This document shows positions 29,123-40,517 of a DNA stretch of 64,000 nucleotides, one piece after another. Made by a program: the position numbers and the translations under genes. The notes beneath the pieces are model-generated. The model was not told the DNA's origin. It worked only from the letters and a program-made list of their open reading frames with translations, and did no database searches. The DNA is from Halobacteriales archaeon (lineage in GTDB: Archaea > Halobacteriota > Halobacteria > Halobacteriales > Hikarchaeaceae): positions 232 through 64,231 of the forward strand of contig JBDGPX010000121.1 in the NCBI GenBank assembly GCA_042219475.1, written 5' to 3'. Position 1 is the stretch's first letter. Each line of letters begins with the position of its first letter.

Positions 29123-30859
29123 TCAGAGCCGCCGCTGGATCGTCGCTGCCGTGTCGGTACCGATCCCGGGAACGGCCTGTAGCTCCTCGGCGGATGCCGA
29201 CCGAATCCCATCGACGCTGCCGAATCGCCGGAGAAGCCGCCGGCGTTTGGCGGGGCCGATCCCGGGGATGTCATCGAGGACTGTTTCGACGGTATCCCGC
29301 ACCGTCTGGTGGTACTGGACGGCAAACCGGTGGGCTTCGTCGCGGACCCGCTGGAGAAGATGGAGATGGGTCGCGTCGTCCGGCCACCGATAAATCCCAT
29401 CCGGTGTTATGACCCGCTCCTCAGCCTTCGCGAGGGCGATCACGGGACGCTCCCATCCGACGTCCTTGAGTGCGTCTCTGGCGGCGTCGAGTTGCCCCTC
29501 GCCGCCGTCGACCAACAGCAGATCCGGCGCTGGTCGGTCGTCTCGGTCCTCGACGGCCCGCTTAGCCCGCCAGGCGAGGAGGTCATACATGTTGGCGTAG
29601 TCGTCGTTCCGATCCTCGAGTTTCTTGCGCCGATAATCGCTTTTTGCGGGCTGTCCGTCGACGAAGACGACGTTGCTCCCGACGACCGCTTTCCCCTGGG
29701 CGTGGCTGACATCGAACCCCTCGATCCGTTCGGGGCGGGGAAGACCGAGGGCCTCGCCGAGCGCAGCGAGTTCGTCACGTTCGTCGTGTTGGCGGGCGTT
29801 GCGCAATGCGAGATCGACGAGCTTCGCCTCCCGACCAGCCCCCGGGACCCGCAGTTCGACGCCCTCGGCGCCCAGCCACGCTTCGAGATCACCGCTCTCG
29901 TCCTCGGGACGATCCGAAACGACGAGGACATCCGGCAACGACGGCTCGGCGTAGAACTGTGGAATGAACGCCCCGAGGACGGCCGGGGCGGCTTTCTCAG
30001 TGTCGGGGGTTTCGAGGCGATGCCGATCGCGATCGATCAGTTGGCCGCGTTCGGCGTGGAGCCTGGCAACCGTCGCGTGCTCGCCCTCGACGACGGCCCC
30101 GAGCACGTCCATCGTATGGCCACTCTCGGGATCGCTGACGGCAGCGGCGGCGCCGTCGTGAAATGCCTCGATGGCCTCCAACCGATCCCGGAGGTTCGCC
30201 GCCCGTTCGAAGGACTGTTCGGCGGCCGCTTGCTCCATCGCCCGCTCGATCGGATCCGTCAGGATCCCCGTCTCCCCCTCGAAGAACCGTTTGACCGACT
30301 CGACATCGCTCTGGTAGTCGGCTTCGCTGATTTCACCGGTACAGGGTGCCGTACATAATCCGAGATCGTAATCGAGACACGGCCGGTCACGATTCGAGTA
30401 TTTGTGATCCGAACACCCTCGCAGACCGTAGGTCTCCCGCAGCGCCTTTACGACCGTTTCGACCCGGCCAACGTCGGTGAAGGGGCCATAGACGGTCGCA
30501 TTCTCGTCAGGATCACGGGTGATCTCAATGCGGGGGACCGGATGGGCCGTCAGCTGGACCATCGGATAGGATTTGTCGTCCTTAAGCCGGACGTTGTACC
30601 GCGGCTGATGGCGTTTGATCAGGTTCGCCTCCAGCAACAGCGCCTGGGTTTCGGTGTCGGTCACCGCGATGTCGATCCCGGTGGCCCGGTCGACCATCCG
30701 TTCGATGCGTCGGCTCCGTGGATCGGCGTATGACCGGACCCGATCGCGGAGCTCGACGGCCTTGCCGACGTACAGCACCGTCTCCCCCGAGAGGAACTGA
30801 TAGACCCCCGGCTCGTCCGGTAGCTCATCAGCCCGCGATCGGATGTCGGCGGGATCCAT
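29123..30859 (-). CDS. uvrC: Excinuclease ABC subunit C
   Basis: 578-aa ORF. GIY-YIG ([17 protein letters not shown]), UVR domain, endonuclease V-like domain, C-terminal HhH2. Confidence 0.95.
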   Translation of the reverse strand: MDPADIRSRADELPDEPGVYQFLSGETVLYVGKAVELRDRVRSYADPRSRRIERMVDRATGIDIAVTDTETQALLLEANLIKRHQPRYNVRLKDDKSYPMVQLTAHPVPRIEITRDPDENATVYGPFTDVGRVETVVKALRETYGLRGCSDHKYSNRDRPCLDYDLGLCTAPCTGEISEADYQSDVESVKRFFEGETGILTDPIERAMEQAAAEQSFERAANLRDRLEAIEAFHDGAAAAVSDPESGHTMDVLGAVVEGEHATVARLHAERGQLIDRDRHRLETPDTEKAAPAVLGAFIPQFYAEPSLPDVLVVSDRPEDESGDLEAWLGAEGVELRVPGAGREAKLVDLALRNARQHDERDELAALGEALGLPRPERIEGFDVSHAQGKAVVGSNVVFVDGQPAKSDYRRKKLEDRNDDYANMYDLLAWRAKRAVEDRDDRPAPDLLLVDGGEGQLDAARDALKDVGWERPVIALAKAEERVITPDGIYRWPDDATHLHLLQRVRDEAHRFAVQYHQTVRDTVETVLDDIPGIGPAKRRRLLRRFGSVDGIRSASAEELQAVPGIGTDTAATIQRRL

Positions 30860-30951
30860 CGGAGGACTGTAGCGTGTCGAGGTGTTTCAACGGCGCGATC
30901 GGGCCCGATGAGAGGGGAACGCCCAAGACCACCGCCACCGACGGATCGGCT

Positions 30952-31227
30952 ATGTCAACCGACGCCAACGACGACGAAATCGACTGTTGGCTTGTCGAGC
31001 GCGATTACGATGACAAAGGCCTGGTCAGATTGGTTTACGCCACGCCCGATGGCGAGTACCACATTGTCCGGGAACGATCACCCCGAATGCTTCAGGACGG
31101 CGTCGCCGTCGCCGAGTCGGTACCCGTCGATCGCCTCGAACTGGTCGACGATCCCGACCGCCGGGAGCGCTATGCGACCGAAGTCGGCCGGATGCAATCC
31201 CGGCACGATCCCGATGAGACGGTCTGA
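30952..31227 (+). CDS. Conserved acidic hypothetical protein
   Basis: Start is taken at MSTDANDDEIDCWLVERDYDDKGLVRLVYATPDGEY. The upstream part of track ORF 30718-31227 is basic and overlaps uvrC. Confidence 0.55.
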   Translation: MSTDANDDEIDCWLVERDYDDKGLVRLVYATPDGEYHIVRERSPRMLQDGVAVAESVPVDRLELVDDPDRRERYATEVGRMQSRHDPDETV

Positions 31228-31296
31228 GTCGTCCGACGCGAGCAAGACGGAGAGACAAAGCCCTATATAGCCGGTCTCGATACCGGGTGATAAGAC

Positions 31297-32259
31297 ATGT
31301 CGGCGATCGAGCTGCACGGCGTGACGAAACGCTTCGGCGATGTCGTCGCCGTCGATTCCCTCGACCTCGAGATCCCGGAGGGCGAGGTCTTCGGCTTTCT
31401 CGGACCGAACGGGGCCGGCAAGTCGACGACGATCAACATGCTTTTGGATTTCGTCCGCCCGGATGTCGGATCGATCCGGGTCCTGAACCGTGACGCTCGC
31501 GAGGAAAGCGTCGCGATCCGCCAGCGGACCGGGGTCCTTCCTGAAGGGTTCGATGTGTACGAACGGCTCACCGGACGCCAGCACATCGAGTTCGCCATCC
31601 AGTCGAAGGAGGTCGATCAGGATCCGGACGCCATCCTCGACCGTGTCGGGATCGCCGATGCGGCCGACCGGAAGGCCGGCGGCTACTCGACGGGCATGGC
31701 TCAGCGACTCGCATTGGGGATGGCCTTGGTCGGCGAACCCGATCTGTTGATCCTCGATGAGCCCTCGACGGGACTCGATCCCAACGGCGCTCGGGAGATG
31801 CGCGAGATCGTCCGGGCGGAAAACGATCGCGGGGCGACGGTTTTTTTCTCCTCGCATATCCTCGGACAGGTCGAAGCCGTCTGCGATCGTGTCGGCATCC
31901 TGCGGGATGGCGAGTTCGTCGCACAGGACTCCGTCGAGGGGCTTCGGAAGGCCGTCGGCACCGAATCGACGCTCCGGATCGATGTCGAGACCGTCCCGGA
32001 TGGTATCTTAGAGGAGCTACGGGTGCTTTCGGGCGTTTCGAACGTCGAGGCCGAGGACACCAGTCTCACCGTCGCCTGTACCGATGAGGCCAAAACCGCT
32101 GTCCTGACTGCGCTTGAGGATGCCGGTGCCGGCGTCCAGAACTTCGAGACCGAGGAGGCATCTCTTGAGGACCTGTTCGTCGCCTACACCGAGGGCGATG
32201 CGGAAACCCAATCAACCGATGGTACGGACGTAGCTGAGGAAACGGAGGAACCAGCATGA
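31297..32259 (+). CDS. ABC transporter ATP-binding protein (ABC-2 subfamily)
   Basis: GPNGAGKSTT Walker A, LSGGMAQRL-like signature (YSTGMAQRLAL), Walker B LLILDEP. Confidence 0.9.
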   Translation: MSAIELHGVTKRFGDVVAVDSLDLEIPEGEVFGFLGPNGAGKSTTINMLLDFVRPDVGSIRVLNRDAREESVAIRQRTGVLPEGFDVYERLTGRQHIEFAIQSKEVDQDPDAILDRVGIADAADRKAGGYSTGMAQRLALGMALVGEPDLLILDEPSTGLDPNGAREMREIVRAENDRGATVFFSSHILGQVEAVCDRVGILRDGEFVAQDSVEGLRKAVGTESTLRIDVETVPDGILEELRVLSGVSNVEAEDTSLTVACTDEAKTAVLTALEDAGAGVQNFETEEASLEDLFVAYTEGDAETQSTDGTDVAEETEEPA

Positions 32260-33152
32260 CCTGGCAGGCCGTCGCCAACAAGGATTTTCAGGATGCGATT
32301 CGCTCGCGGTGGCTGTGGGGACTGTCGATCCTGTTCGTGATCCTGATCGCCGGGAGCGCGTATTTCTTCACCCGCGGTGATACCCAAGACGTCACGACGG
32401 ACTCGTTCATCGGTCTCTTCGGGCAGATCGGTGGGCTCCTCGTCCCGTTGGTCGCGATCGTCATCGCCTATGCCGCGATCATCGGCGAGCGCGAGTCGGG
32501 CACGATCAAACTGTTGCTGTCGCTGCCCCATTCCCGACAGGACGTCGTTCTCGGCAAATTCATCGGCCGGAGTGCCGTGATTACCCTCCCCGTGTTGCTC
32601 GGGTTTGCCATCGCGGCCGTCGTCTTTCTGATCGCCGGCATCACGTTCAAGCTCGCGAACTTTCTCGCGTTTACAGTTCTGACAGCATCGTTGGGCGTCG
32701 TCTTCGTCGGCATCGCGATCGGGTTTTCCGCGGGTGCGCCCAGTCAGCGGCGGGCGATGATCGGGAGTGTCGGCGTGTACGTGCTCTTTACCCTCTTCTG
32801 GCAGTACCTCCGTCGTGGCGTCATCAACATCCTGACCGAGGCCGGCAAACAGGTGCCTGGCCTCTCGGAGCCGAGCAATGCGACGCTGGTGAATGCTTCA
32901 TTGCTCGCGAAATTCCTCAACCCGGTCCGGGCCTACGAGACGCTCGCGGCGACGCTGTACGCCCAGGATACGATCGGCGCCCGGCTCTATGGCACCTCGA
33001 ACCCGATTCTCGCCCAGTTGGCCCGCCAGCAGCTCCAAGACAACCTCCCGTTTTATCTCACCGATCCGTTCATCGTTGCCGTCCTCGTTGTGTGGCTGGT
33101 AATCCCGCCGGTCGTCGGGTATCTCCTCTTTACCGACTCCGATCTGACCTGA
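32256..33152 (+). CDS. ABC-2 type transporter permease
   Basis: 298-aa 6-TM ORF with a 4-nt overlap with the ATPase gene. Confidence 0.8.
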   Translation: MTWQAVANKDFQDAIRSRWLWGLSILFVILIAGSAYFFTRGDTQDVTTDSFIGLFGQIGGLLVPLVAIVIAYAAIIGERESGTIKLLLSLPHSRQDVVLGKFIGRSAVITLPVLLGFAIAAVVFLIAGITFKLANFLAFTVLTASLGVVFVGIAIGFSAGAPSQRRAMIGSVGVYVLFTLFWQYLRRGVINILTEAGKQVPGLSEPSNATLVNASLLAKFLNPVRAYETLAATLYAQDTIGARLYGTSNPILAQLARQQLQDNLPFYLTDPFIVAVLVVWLVIPPVVGYLLFTDSDLT

Positions 33153-33191
33153 GGCGGTTTCCCTGACGGCCCCAAGAGGTTATAGAAATTC

Positions 33192-33250
33192 AAGGCGAAT
33201 ATTCCCGCCTTCTCGTGAGAGACGAGTGTTCCGACACCTGTTGTCGGAAC
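33192..33250. terminator. Cluster of three consecutive hairpins in a convergent spacer
   Basis: AAGGCG/CGCCTT (33192-33211), CTCGT/ACGAG (33212-33226), and a perfect 9-bp stem GTTCCGACA/TGTCGGAAC (33228-33250). Confidence 0.4.
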
Positions 33251-33325
33251 CGAGGAGCGACCAGGCGGGGGATGAAGCCGACATGGTGAGCAACAGTGCC
33301 AGACTGTCGATCCAGGGTGAGGATC

Positions 33326-35452
<2,127 letters not shown>

Positions 35453-35496
35453 TTAGACTGACCGTCGGGGACTCCGAGGAGTTCAGCGGTCATGGC

Positions 35497-36744
35497 TCAA
35501 TAGCTGTCGGCGTGCTCCCAGCTACCGAGGTAGTCCCGCTGGGCGTCGGTGAGAGCGTCGATATCGATATCGAGAGTTTCGAGTTTCCGTTCGGCGACGG
35601 CCCGATCAAGCCGGTCGGGGACGGTATACAGGCCGGGTGCCAGCGCGTCACCGCCCTCGCCGTCGATGTGATCCCGTCCGGCGACGAACATCATCGCGAA
35701 GGTGGTATCCATTACTTCGGCGGGATGGCCCTGACTGTACGGGCCAGTAAGGTTGACGAGGCGACCGCCTGCGAGGAGGTTGAGCCGCCGGCCGTCCGGG
35801 AGGTGGTATTGGGTGACGCCGGCAGTCGGGCTCGTCGTTCGATCGGCGAGATCCTCAAGGGCCCCGGTTTCGATTTCGACATCGAAGTGTCCGGCGTTAC
35901 AGAGCGTCGCGCCGTCGGTCATCCGTTCGATGTGTTCCCGCCGGATTACCTCGGCGTTGCCGGTGGCGGTGATGAAGAGGTCACCCTCCGTGGCGGCGTC
36001 GGTCATGTTCATGATCCGATGACCATCCATGTGGGCCTGGAGTGCCTTTCTCGGATCGACCTCAGTCACGACCGTCTGGGCCCCTATTCCTCGGGCTTTC
36101 CGAGCGATTCCTCGGCCGACGTAGCCATATCCTGCTACGACGACCGTCTTCCCCGAGAGTTGGGCGTTGGTCGTGATCATCACGTTCGCGAGCGCCGACT
36201 CGCCGGTTCCGTGGACGTTATCGAAGAAGTGCTTCATCGGCGTATCGTTAACGCCATACACCGGAAACTCGAGCACATTGTCCTCGTCCATCGCTTCGAG
36301 CCGATGAATCCCCGCAGTTGTTTGTTCGGCCCCCCCGAGGACGGTTTCGGCGATTTCTGGATGGTCGGCGTGGACCTTCGCCATCAGTTCACAGCCGTCA
36401 TCGAGGATGACATCCGGTCGTTCTTCGAGGAGTTCGTGCTGGGCGGCGGCGAATGCTTCGTCGCTCATCCCTTCTTCGGCGTAGGCCGTGATTCCCGCCT
36501 TGCCATCGAGATATTCGACGACATCGCCGTGGGTGCTCTGTGGTTCGCTGGGTGCGAACACGACATCGGCGCCCGCCCGCCAGAGCGTCTCGATCAGGAT
36601 CCCCGTGGTGGCTTCGAGATGGGAGGCGACGGCGACCGTGTAGTCCTCAAGCGGAGTGTCCGTCTCGTGTTCGTCACCGAATGACCGGAGGATCGGGGTG
36701 TGATCACGAGCCCACGCAAGTGGATCGTCGATCTCTTCAGGCAT
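35497..36744 (-). CDS. ahcY: Adenosylhomocysteinase (SAH hydrolase family)
   Basis: FDNVHGTGES, NAD site VVVAGYGYVGRGIA, NAGHFDVEI. Start chosen at MPEEIDDPL; the track start at 36774 is also possible. Confidence 0.85.
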   Translation of the reverse strand: MPEEIDDPLAWARDHTPILRSFGDEHETDTPLEDYTVAVASHLEATTGILIETLWRAGADVVFAPSEPQSTHGDVVEYLDGKAGITAYAEEGMSDEAFAAAQHELLEERPDVILDDGCELMAKVHADHPEIAETVLGGAEQTTAGIHRLEAMDEDNVLEFPVYGVNDTPMKHFFDNVHGTGESALANVMITTNAQLSGKTVVVAGYGYVGRGIARKARGIGAQTVVTEVDPRKALQAHMDGHRIMNMTDAATEGDLFITATGNAEVIRREHIERMTDGATLCNAGHFDVEIETGALEDLADRTTSPTAGVTQYHLPDGRRLNLLAGGRLVNLTGPYSQGHPAEVMDTTFAMMFVAGRDHIDGEGGDALAPGLYTVPDRLDRAVAERKLETLDIDIDALTDAQRDYLGSWEHADSY

Positions 36745-36894
36745 AGACGCACACTCCAACCCCGGTCGTATCAAGGCTTTGTCACGGATCGATCCCGTAT
36801 CGACGGTATATGACTCGGAAATATCATTCGTTAGCGGCTAAGACGGACGATATCAGGGAAATATCCGTCTTTTACTGGCCAGAAAACATACTAC

Positions 36895-37229
36895 TACCCG
36901 AAGTTCAGTTTACAGTTGCCGCGACAGGGAGCGTTGAGGACCGCTGTCATCGCGTGTTCCCCATCGCTTGGACCCCAACGGCCGGACTGATCGGAGGCTG
37001 ACCCCGCCTGTCGCGGCATCTCCTTTCCTCAGCTCGCGGAGTCGATCGCGTGTGTGGCTCTCTTCTACCGATCACGGATCGACTACGCCGTTTTGCACCG
37101 AGCGATACAGGATCACAAAGCGGCAGGCCGGGTCCCCGGTCCGATGGGGAACGTTCGATTCATCGGGAGGCTGACCGGATGGTCGGGAACCCAGATAGGT
37201 GTTACAAAGCCGTCTGTAAGGGTTTTTTG
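36895..37229 (+). ncRNA. Candidate independent structured RNA (family unknown) ending at a T6 run
   Basis: No credible ORF. An 11-bp long-range inverted repeat GCCGCGACAGG (36918-36928)/CCTGTCGCGGC (37007-37017). Duplicated ATCGG(G)AGGCTGACC (36990, 37162). T6 at 37223-37228. The 5' end is only guessed from TTTTAC at about 36870. Confidence 0.3.
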
Positions 37230-37363
37230 GCCGCTCTCGCGGCGATACGATCGTCTGTTCGCCCTCCACTGATTTAGCGAGTGATCTGTCGACATATCAC
37301 ATGGTTCGCAGGTTTTGCCGTAACTGTGGGTTATACAATACTGGAAATATATGCATCATATAC

Positions 37364-38647
37364 ATGACCCGAGGATTCCGGACGCAGAGCGTCCATCACG
37401 GCCACACGCCCGACCCGGCGACGGGTGCGCGGGCACCCCCGCTGTATCAGACGACCTCCTATGTGTTCGACGACGCCGACCACGCCGCCGATCTGTTCGC
37501 CCTCGACACCGAGGGTGACGTGTATTCGCGGATCTCAAACCCGACCGTCGCCGCACTCGAAGACCGACTAGCCGCCCTTGAGGGTGGAACCGGTGCGGTC
37601 GCGACGGCAAGCGGTATGGCCGCCCTCGATGCGTTGACGTTTCTGCTTGCCGAAGCTGGTGACACTGTCGTTTCCTCCGGGGATCTGTACGGTGGCACCC
37701 GCTCGTATTTTACCCACACCGCCAGCCGACGAGGGATCGATGCGAAGTTCGTCGAAACGACCGACGTCGACGCCTACGCGGACGCGATCGACGAGGATAC
37801 CGCGTTCGTTCATGCCGAAACTATCGGGAACCCGTCGCTCGTGACGCCGGATCTCGAAGCGATCGCCGACATTGCCCACGACCATGGTGTACCCTTTGTC
37901 GTCGACAACACCTTCGCGACGCCGGCGCTCTGTCGACCGATCGAGCACGGTGCCGACATCGTCTGGGAATCGACGACCAAGTGGCTCCACGGTTCAGGGA
38001 CGACGATCGGCGGGATTCTCATCGACGGCGGGACCTTCGATTGGGATGAGCGCTATCCGGAGGTCGGCGGTGACAATCCGGCGTTTCACGGGCTGAACTT
38101 CGCCGAGGAGTTCGGCGATCAGGCCTTCGCGACGGCGGCTCGCCACCGAGCGGTCCGATCGATCGGAAGCAGTCAGGCCCCCTTCGACGCCTGGCAAACC
38201 CTCCAGGGGCTTGAGACCCTGCCACTCCGGATGGCCCGTCACTGTGAGAACGCCGAACTCGTCGCCGATCACCTCGCCGACCACGCCGCTGTCGACTGGG
38301 TGACGTTCCCCGGGCTGTCGGATCATCCGACCCACGAGGCCGCGAACACCTACCTCGACGGCGGCTACGGGGCGATGATCGCCTTTGGCCTCGATGGTGG
38401 GTACGAGGCCGGTCGGCGGTTCTGTGAAAACGTCGAGTTGGCCTCCTTCCTCGCGAACGTCGGCGATGCGAAGACGCTAGTGATTCACCCCGCCTCGACG
38501 ACCCACGCCCAGCTCACCGAGGAGGAACAACGGGAAAGCGGCGTCACGCCGGACCTCATTCGGCTGTCGGTCGGCATCGAGGAGCCGGCCGACATCATCG
38601 CGGATCTCGATCAGGCGATCGAACGAGCGGTCGGTGCCGCCGTCTAA
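37364..38647 (+). CDS. metY: O-acetylhomoserine aminocarboxypropyltransferase / sulfhydrylase
   Basis: PLP-lysine context ESTTKWLHGSG. Start at MTRGFRTQSVHHGH sits about 27-30 nt after TATA TTATACAATA (37330-37339), so a leaderless start is likely. Confidence 0.9.
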   Translation: MTRGFRTQSVHHGHTPDPATGARAPPLYQTTSYVFDDADHAADLFALDTEGDVYSRISNPTVAALEDRLAALEGGTGAVATASGMAALDALTFLLAEAGDTVVSSGDLYGGTRSYFTHTASRRGIDAKFVETTDVDAYADAIDEDTAFVHAETIGNPSLVTPDLEAIADIAHDHGVPFVVDNTFATPALCRPIEHGADIVWESTTKWLHGSGTTIGGILIDGGTFDWDERYPEVGGDNPAFHGLNFAEEFGDQAFATAARHRAVRSIGSSQAPFDAWQTLQGLETLPLRMARHCENAELVADHLADHAAVDWVTFPGLSDHPTHEAANTYLDGGYGAMIAFGLDGGYEAGRRFCENVELASFLANVGDAKTLVIHPASTTHAQLTEEEQRESGVTPDLIRLSVGIEEPADIIADLDQAIERAVGAAV

Positions 38648-38653
38648 CGACCC

Positions 38654-39835
38654 ATGCAGATCGATCACGGGACCGTCGAGCTGGGAACCTTCGAGTTCGA
38701 ATGTGGGGAGACCATCCCGGAACTCGAGGTCGCCTACGAGGCCTATGGGGAGTTCGACGGCGACAACGCCATCTATGTCTGTCACGCGCTCACCGGCAGC
38801 CAACACGTCGCCGGTCAGGGTGGCCACGAGGGGACGGCCGGCCAGGCCCACGCCTGGTGGGATTCGATCGTCGGCCCGGGGAAGGCTATCGACACCAACG
38901 AGTACTATGTGGTCTGTGCCAACATCCCCGGGTCGTGTTACGGCACGACCGGGCCGAGTTCGGTGAATCCCGAAACCGGCGAGCCATACGGGCTGGAGTT
39001 CCCGCCGGTCACCGTTGGCGATTGGACACGGGCCCAACGGGGATTGCTTGACGCCCTTGGTGTCGGGCGGCTTCATGCGGTCGTTGGGGGCAGCGTCGGC
39101 GGGATGAACGTCCTCGAGTGGGTGAAACGCTACCCGGATGACACCAATCGGATCGTCCCGATCGCGACGGCGGCCCGCCTCGACGCCCAGTGTCTCGCGT
39201 TGGATGCGATCGCCCGGCGGGCGATCACGACCGATCCCAACTGGAACGGCGGTGACTACTACGGTGACGACCAGCCGTTCCCGGAGTATGGGCTGGCGAT
39301 CGCGCGCCAGATCGGTCATGTGATGTACCTTTCGAAGGAGTCGATGGCCGCGAAATTCGGTCGTCGGGCTGCCGGTCGCGATGGTCGCCATGAGCCCTAT
39401 CCCGAGGATCCGACGACCGGGTACTTCCCGTACCGGGACGTCGAGTCGTATCTCGATTACAACAGCGTCAACTTCACCGACCGGTTCGACGCCAACAGCT
39501 ATCTCTATTTGACCCGGGCGATGGACGACTACGATCTGGCGGCCGGCTATGAATCCGATGCCGCGGCCCTCGCGGCGTTCGAAGGGGAAGCGCTCTTGCT
39601 CTCGTTTACCGCCGACTGGCATTTCACTGTCGAGCAGGCCGAATCGCTGGCGGCGGCGTTCCGGGAGGCGGGCATCGCGGTGACCCACCGAACGATCGAG
39701 TCGGATCACGGCCACGACGCTTTCCTCGTCGAGCCCGGCAAGGTCGGCCCGCCGGTTCGATCGTTCCTCGCCAACGGTTTCGGCACCGACAGTGGTATCC
39801 CCGGGACTGATTCGATCGCAACCGGCCGGCGATAG
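38654..39835 (+). CDS. metX: Homoserine O-acetyltransferase
   Basis: 393-aa alpha/beta hydrolase with nucleophile elbow [10 protein letters not shown] and C-terminal DHGHDAFL. Confidence 0.9.
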   Translation: MQIDHGTVELGTFEFECGETIPELEVAYEAYGEFDGDNAIYVCHALTGSQHVAGQGGHEGTAGQAHAWWDSIVGPGKAIDTNEYYVVCANIPGSCYGTTGPSSVNPETGEPYGLEFPPVTVGDWTRAQRGLLDALGVGRLHAVVGGSVGGMNVLEWVKRYPDDTNRIVPIATAARLDAQCLALDAIARRAITTDPNWNGGDYYGDDQPFPEYGLAIARQIGHVMYLSKESMAAKFGRRAAGRDGRHEPYPEDPTTGYFPYRDVESYLDYNSVNFTDRFDANSYLYLTRAMDDYDLAAGYESDAAALAAFEGEALLLSFTADWHFTVEQAESLAAAFREAGIAVTHRTIESDHGHDAFLVEPGKVGPPVRSFLANGFGTDSGIPGTDSIATGRR

Positions 39836-39860
39836 CGGGTATCACCGCCCGTTGCGTCGG

Positions 39861-40397
39861 TTATTCGCGGAGCCGATGGAACAGTGAACTGCGCTGCTCG
39901 ATCGTCTGATATCCGGCCGCGAGACCGATCGCCAGCAGCGCCGCCAGCGCCCACCCATGCGGTGGGACGGCACTCAACGCCGGCACGCCGATCATCGCCG
40001 CGATCACCAACAACAGGCCGAGCACCGACAGGCCGGCGTAAAATTCGCTCCAGGCGAGACCATATCGCGGCACGGCCTCCAGGTAGATGCTGACTTCCTT
40101 TGCCCTGTCGTTGAGCCGGATCTTCTTTGCGGTCCGGTCGTACTCGACGATCCCGAGGTCGTCGAGTTTCGGCAAATGGGTCTGGTGTAACGAGACGTAC
40201 GCGCTCTGGCGAGCGTTCCGCGGCGGCGGTGACTCCCCAGTCTCGAGCTCGGCGATCCGTTCTGACAGTTGTCTCGCCGAGATTGATCCGCCGACCTCCT
40301 GAAGGTACTTGAGCGCCATTTGGCGTCGCTCGTTGCTCAATACGTCGTGGATATCAACGTCTGTGAGTTCTGATGCTGATTGTCGTTGGACTGCCAC
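39861..40397 (-). CDS. Winged-helix (haloarchaeal HTH) protein with a C-terminal two-TM anchor
   Basis: N-terminal VLSNERRQMALKYLQE...VSLHQTHLPKLDDLGIVEYD, then hydrophobic helices. Confidence 0.6.
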   Translation of the reverse strand: MAVQRQSASELTDVDIHDVLSNERRQMALKYLQEVGGSISARQLSERIAELETGESPPPRNARQSAYVSLHQTHLPKLDDLGIVEYDRTAKKIRLNDRAKEVSIYLEAVPRYGLAWSEFYAGLSVLGLLLVIAAMIGVPALSAVPPHGWALAALLAIGLAAGYQTIEQRSSLFHRLRE

Positions 40398-40517
40398 CGG
40401 AATCCCCCACCGTGCACCCCCACTAATGATCCTTCTCCATATAATGGTAGGGGTTCATTCATCCCGATCGACCGTTAGTTTCGGTCTCGGGTGCCGTCCG
40501 TGGTCGCACTTCCAAGA

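Noticed and set aside
35497-36744. The idea that the SAH hydrolase homolog is a divergent paralog with altered substrate (for example S-inosylhomocysteine hydrolase).
   Set aside because: The catalytic and NAD motifs I can check look canonical for archaeal enzymes. My memory of reference sequences is not reliable enough to call divergence.
36929-37006. SAH riboswitch identity for the stem-enclosed segment, based on pieces resembling AGGAGCG, CAACGGC and GGCUCA.
   Set aside because: The order of the elements and the possible pairings do not reproduce the SAH riboswitch H-type pseudoknot consensus as I remember it. Without a covariance-model search this would be over-interpretation.
36810-37295. 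Six 60-75-aa ORFs in the ahcY-metY spacer (36810-37001+, 36968-37174+, 37050-37277+, 37054-37272+, 37072-37269-, 37113-37295-).
   Set aside because: They mutually overlap, are basic or Cys/Arg-rich, have no motifs and have no TATA-to-start spacing. The region is treated as non-coding.
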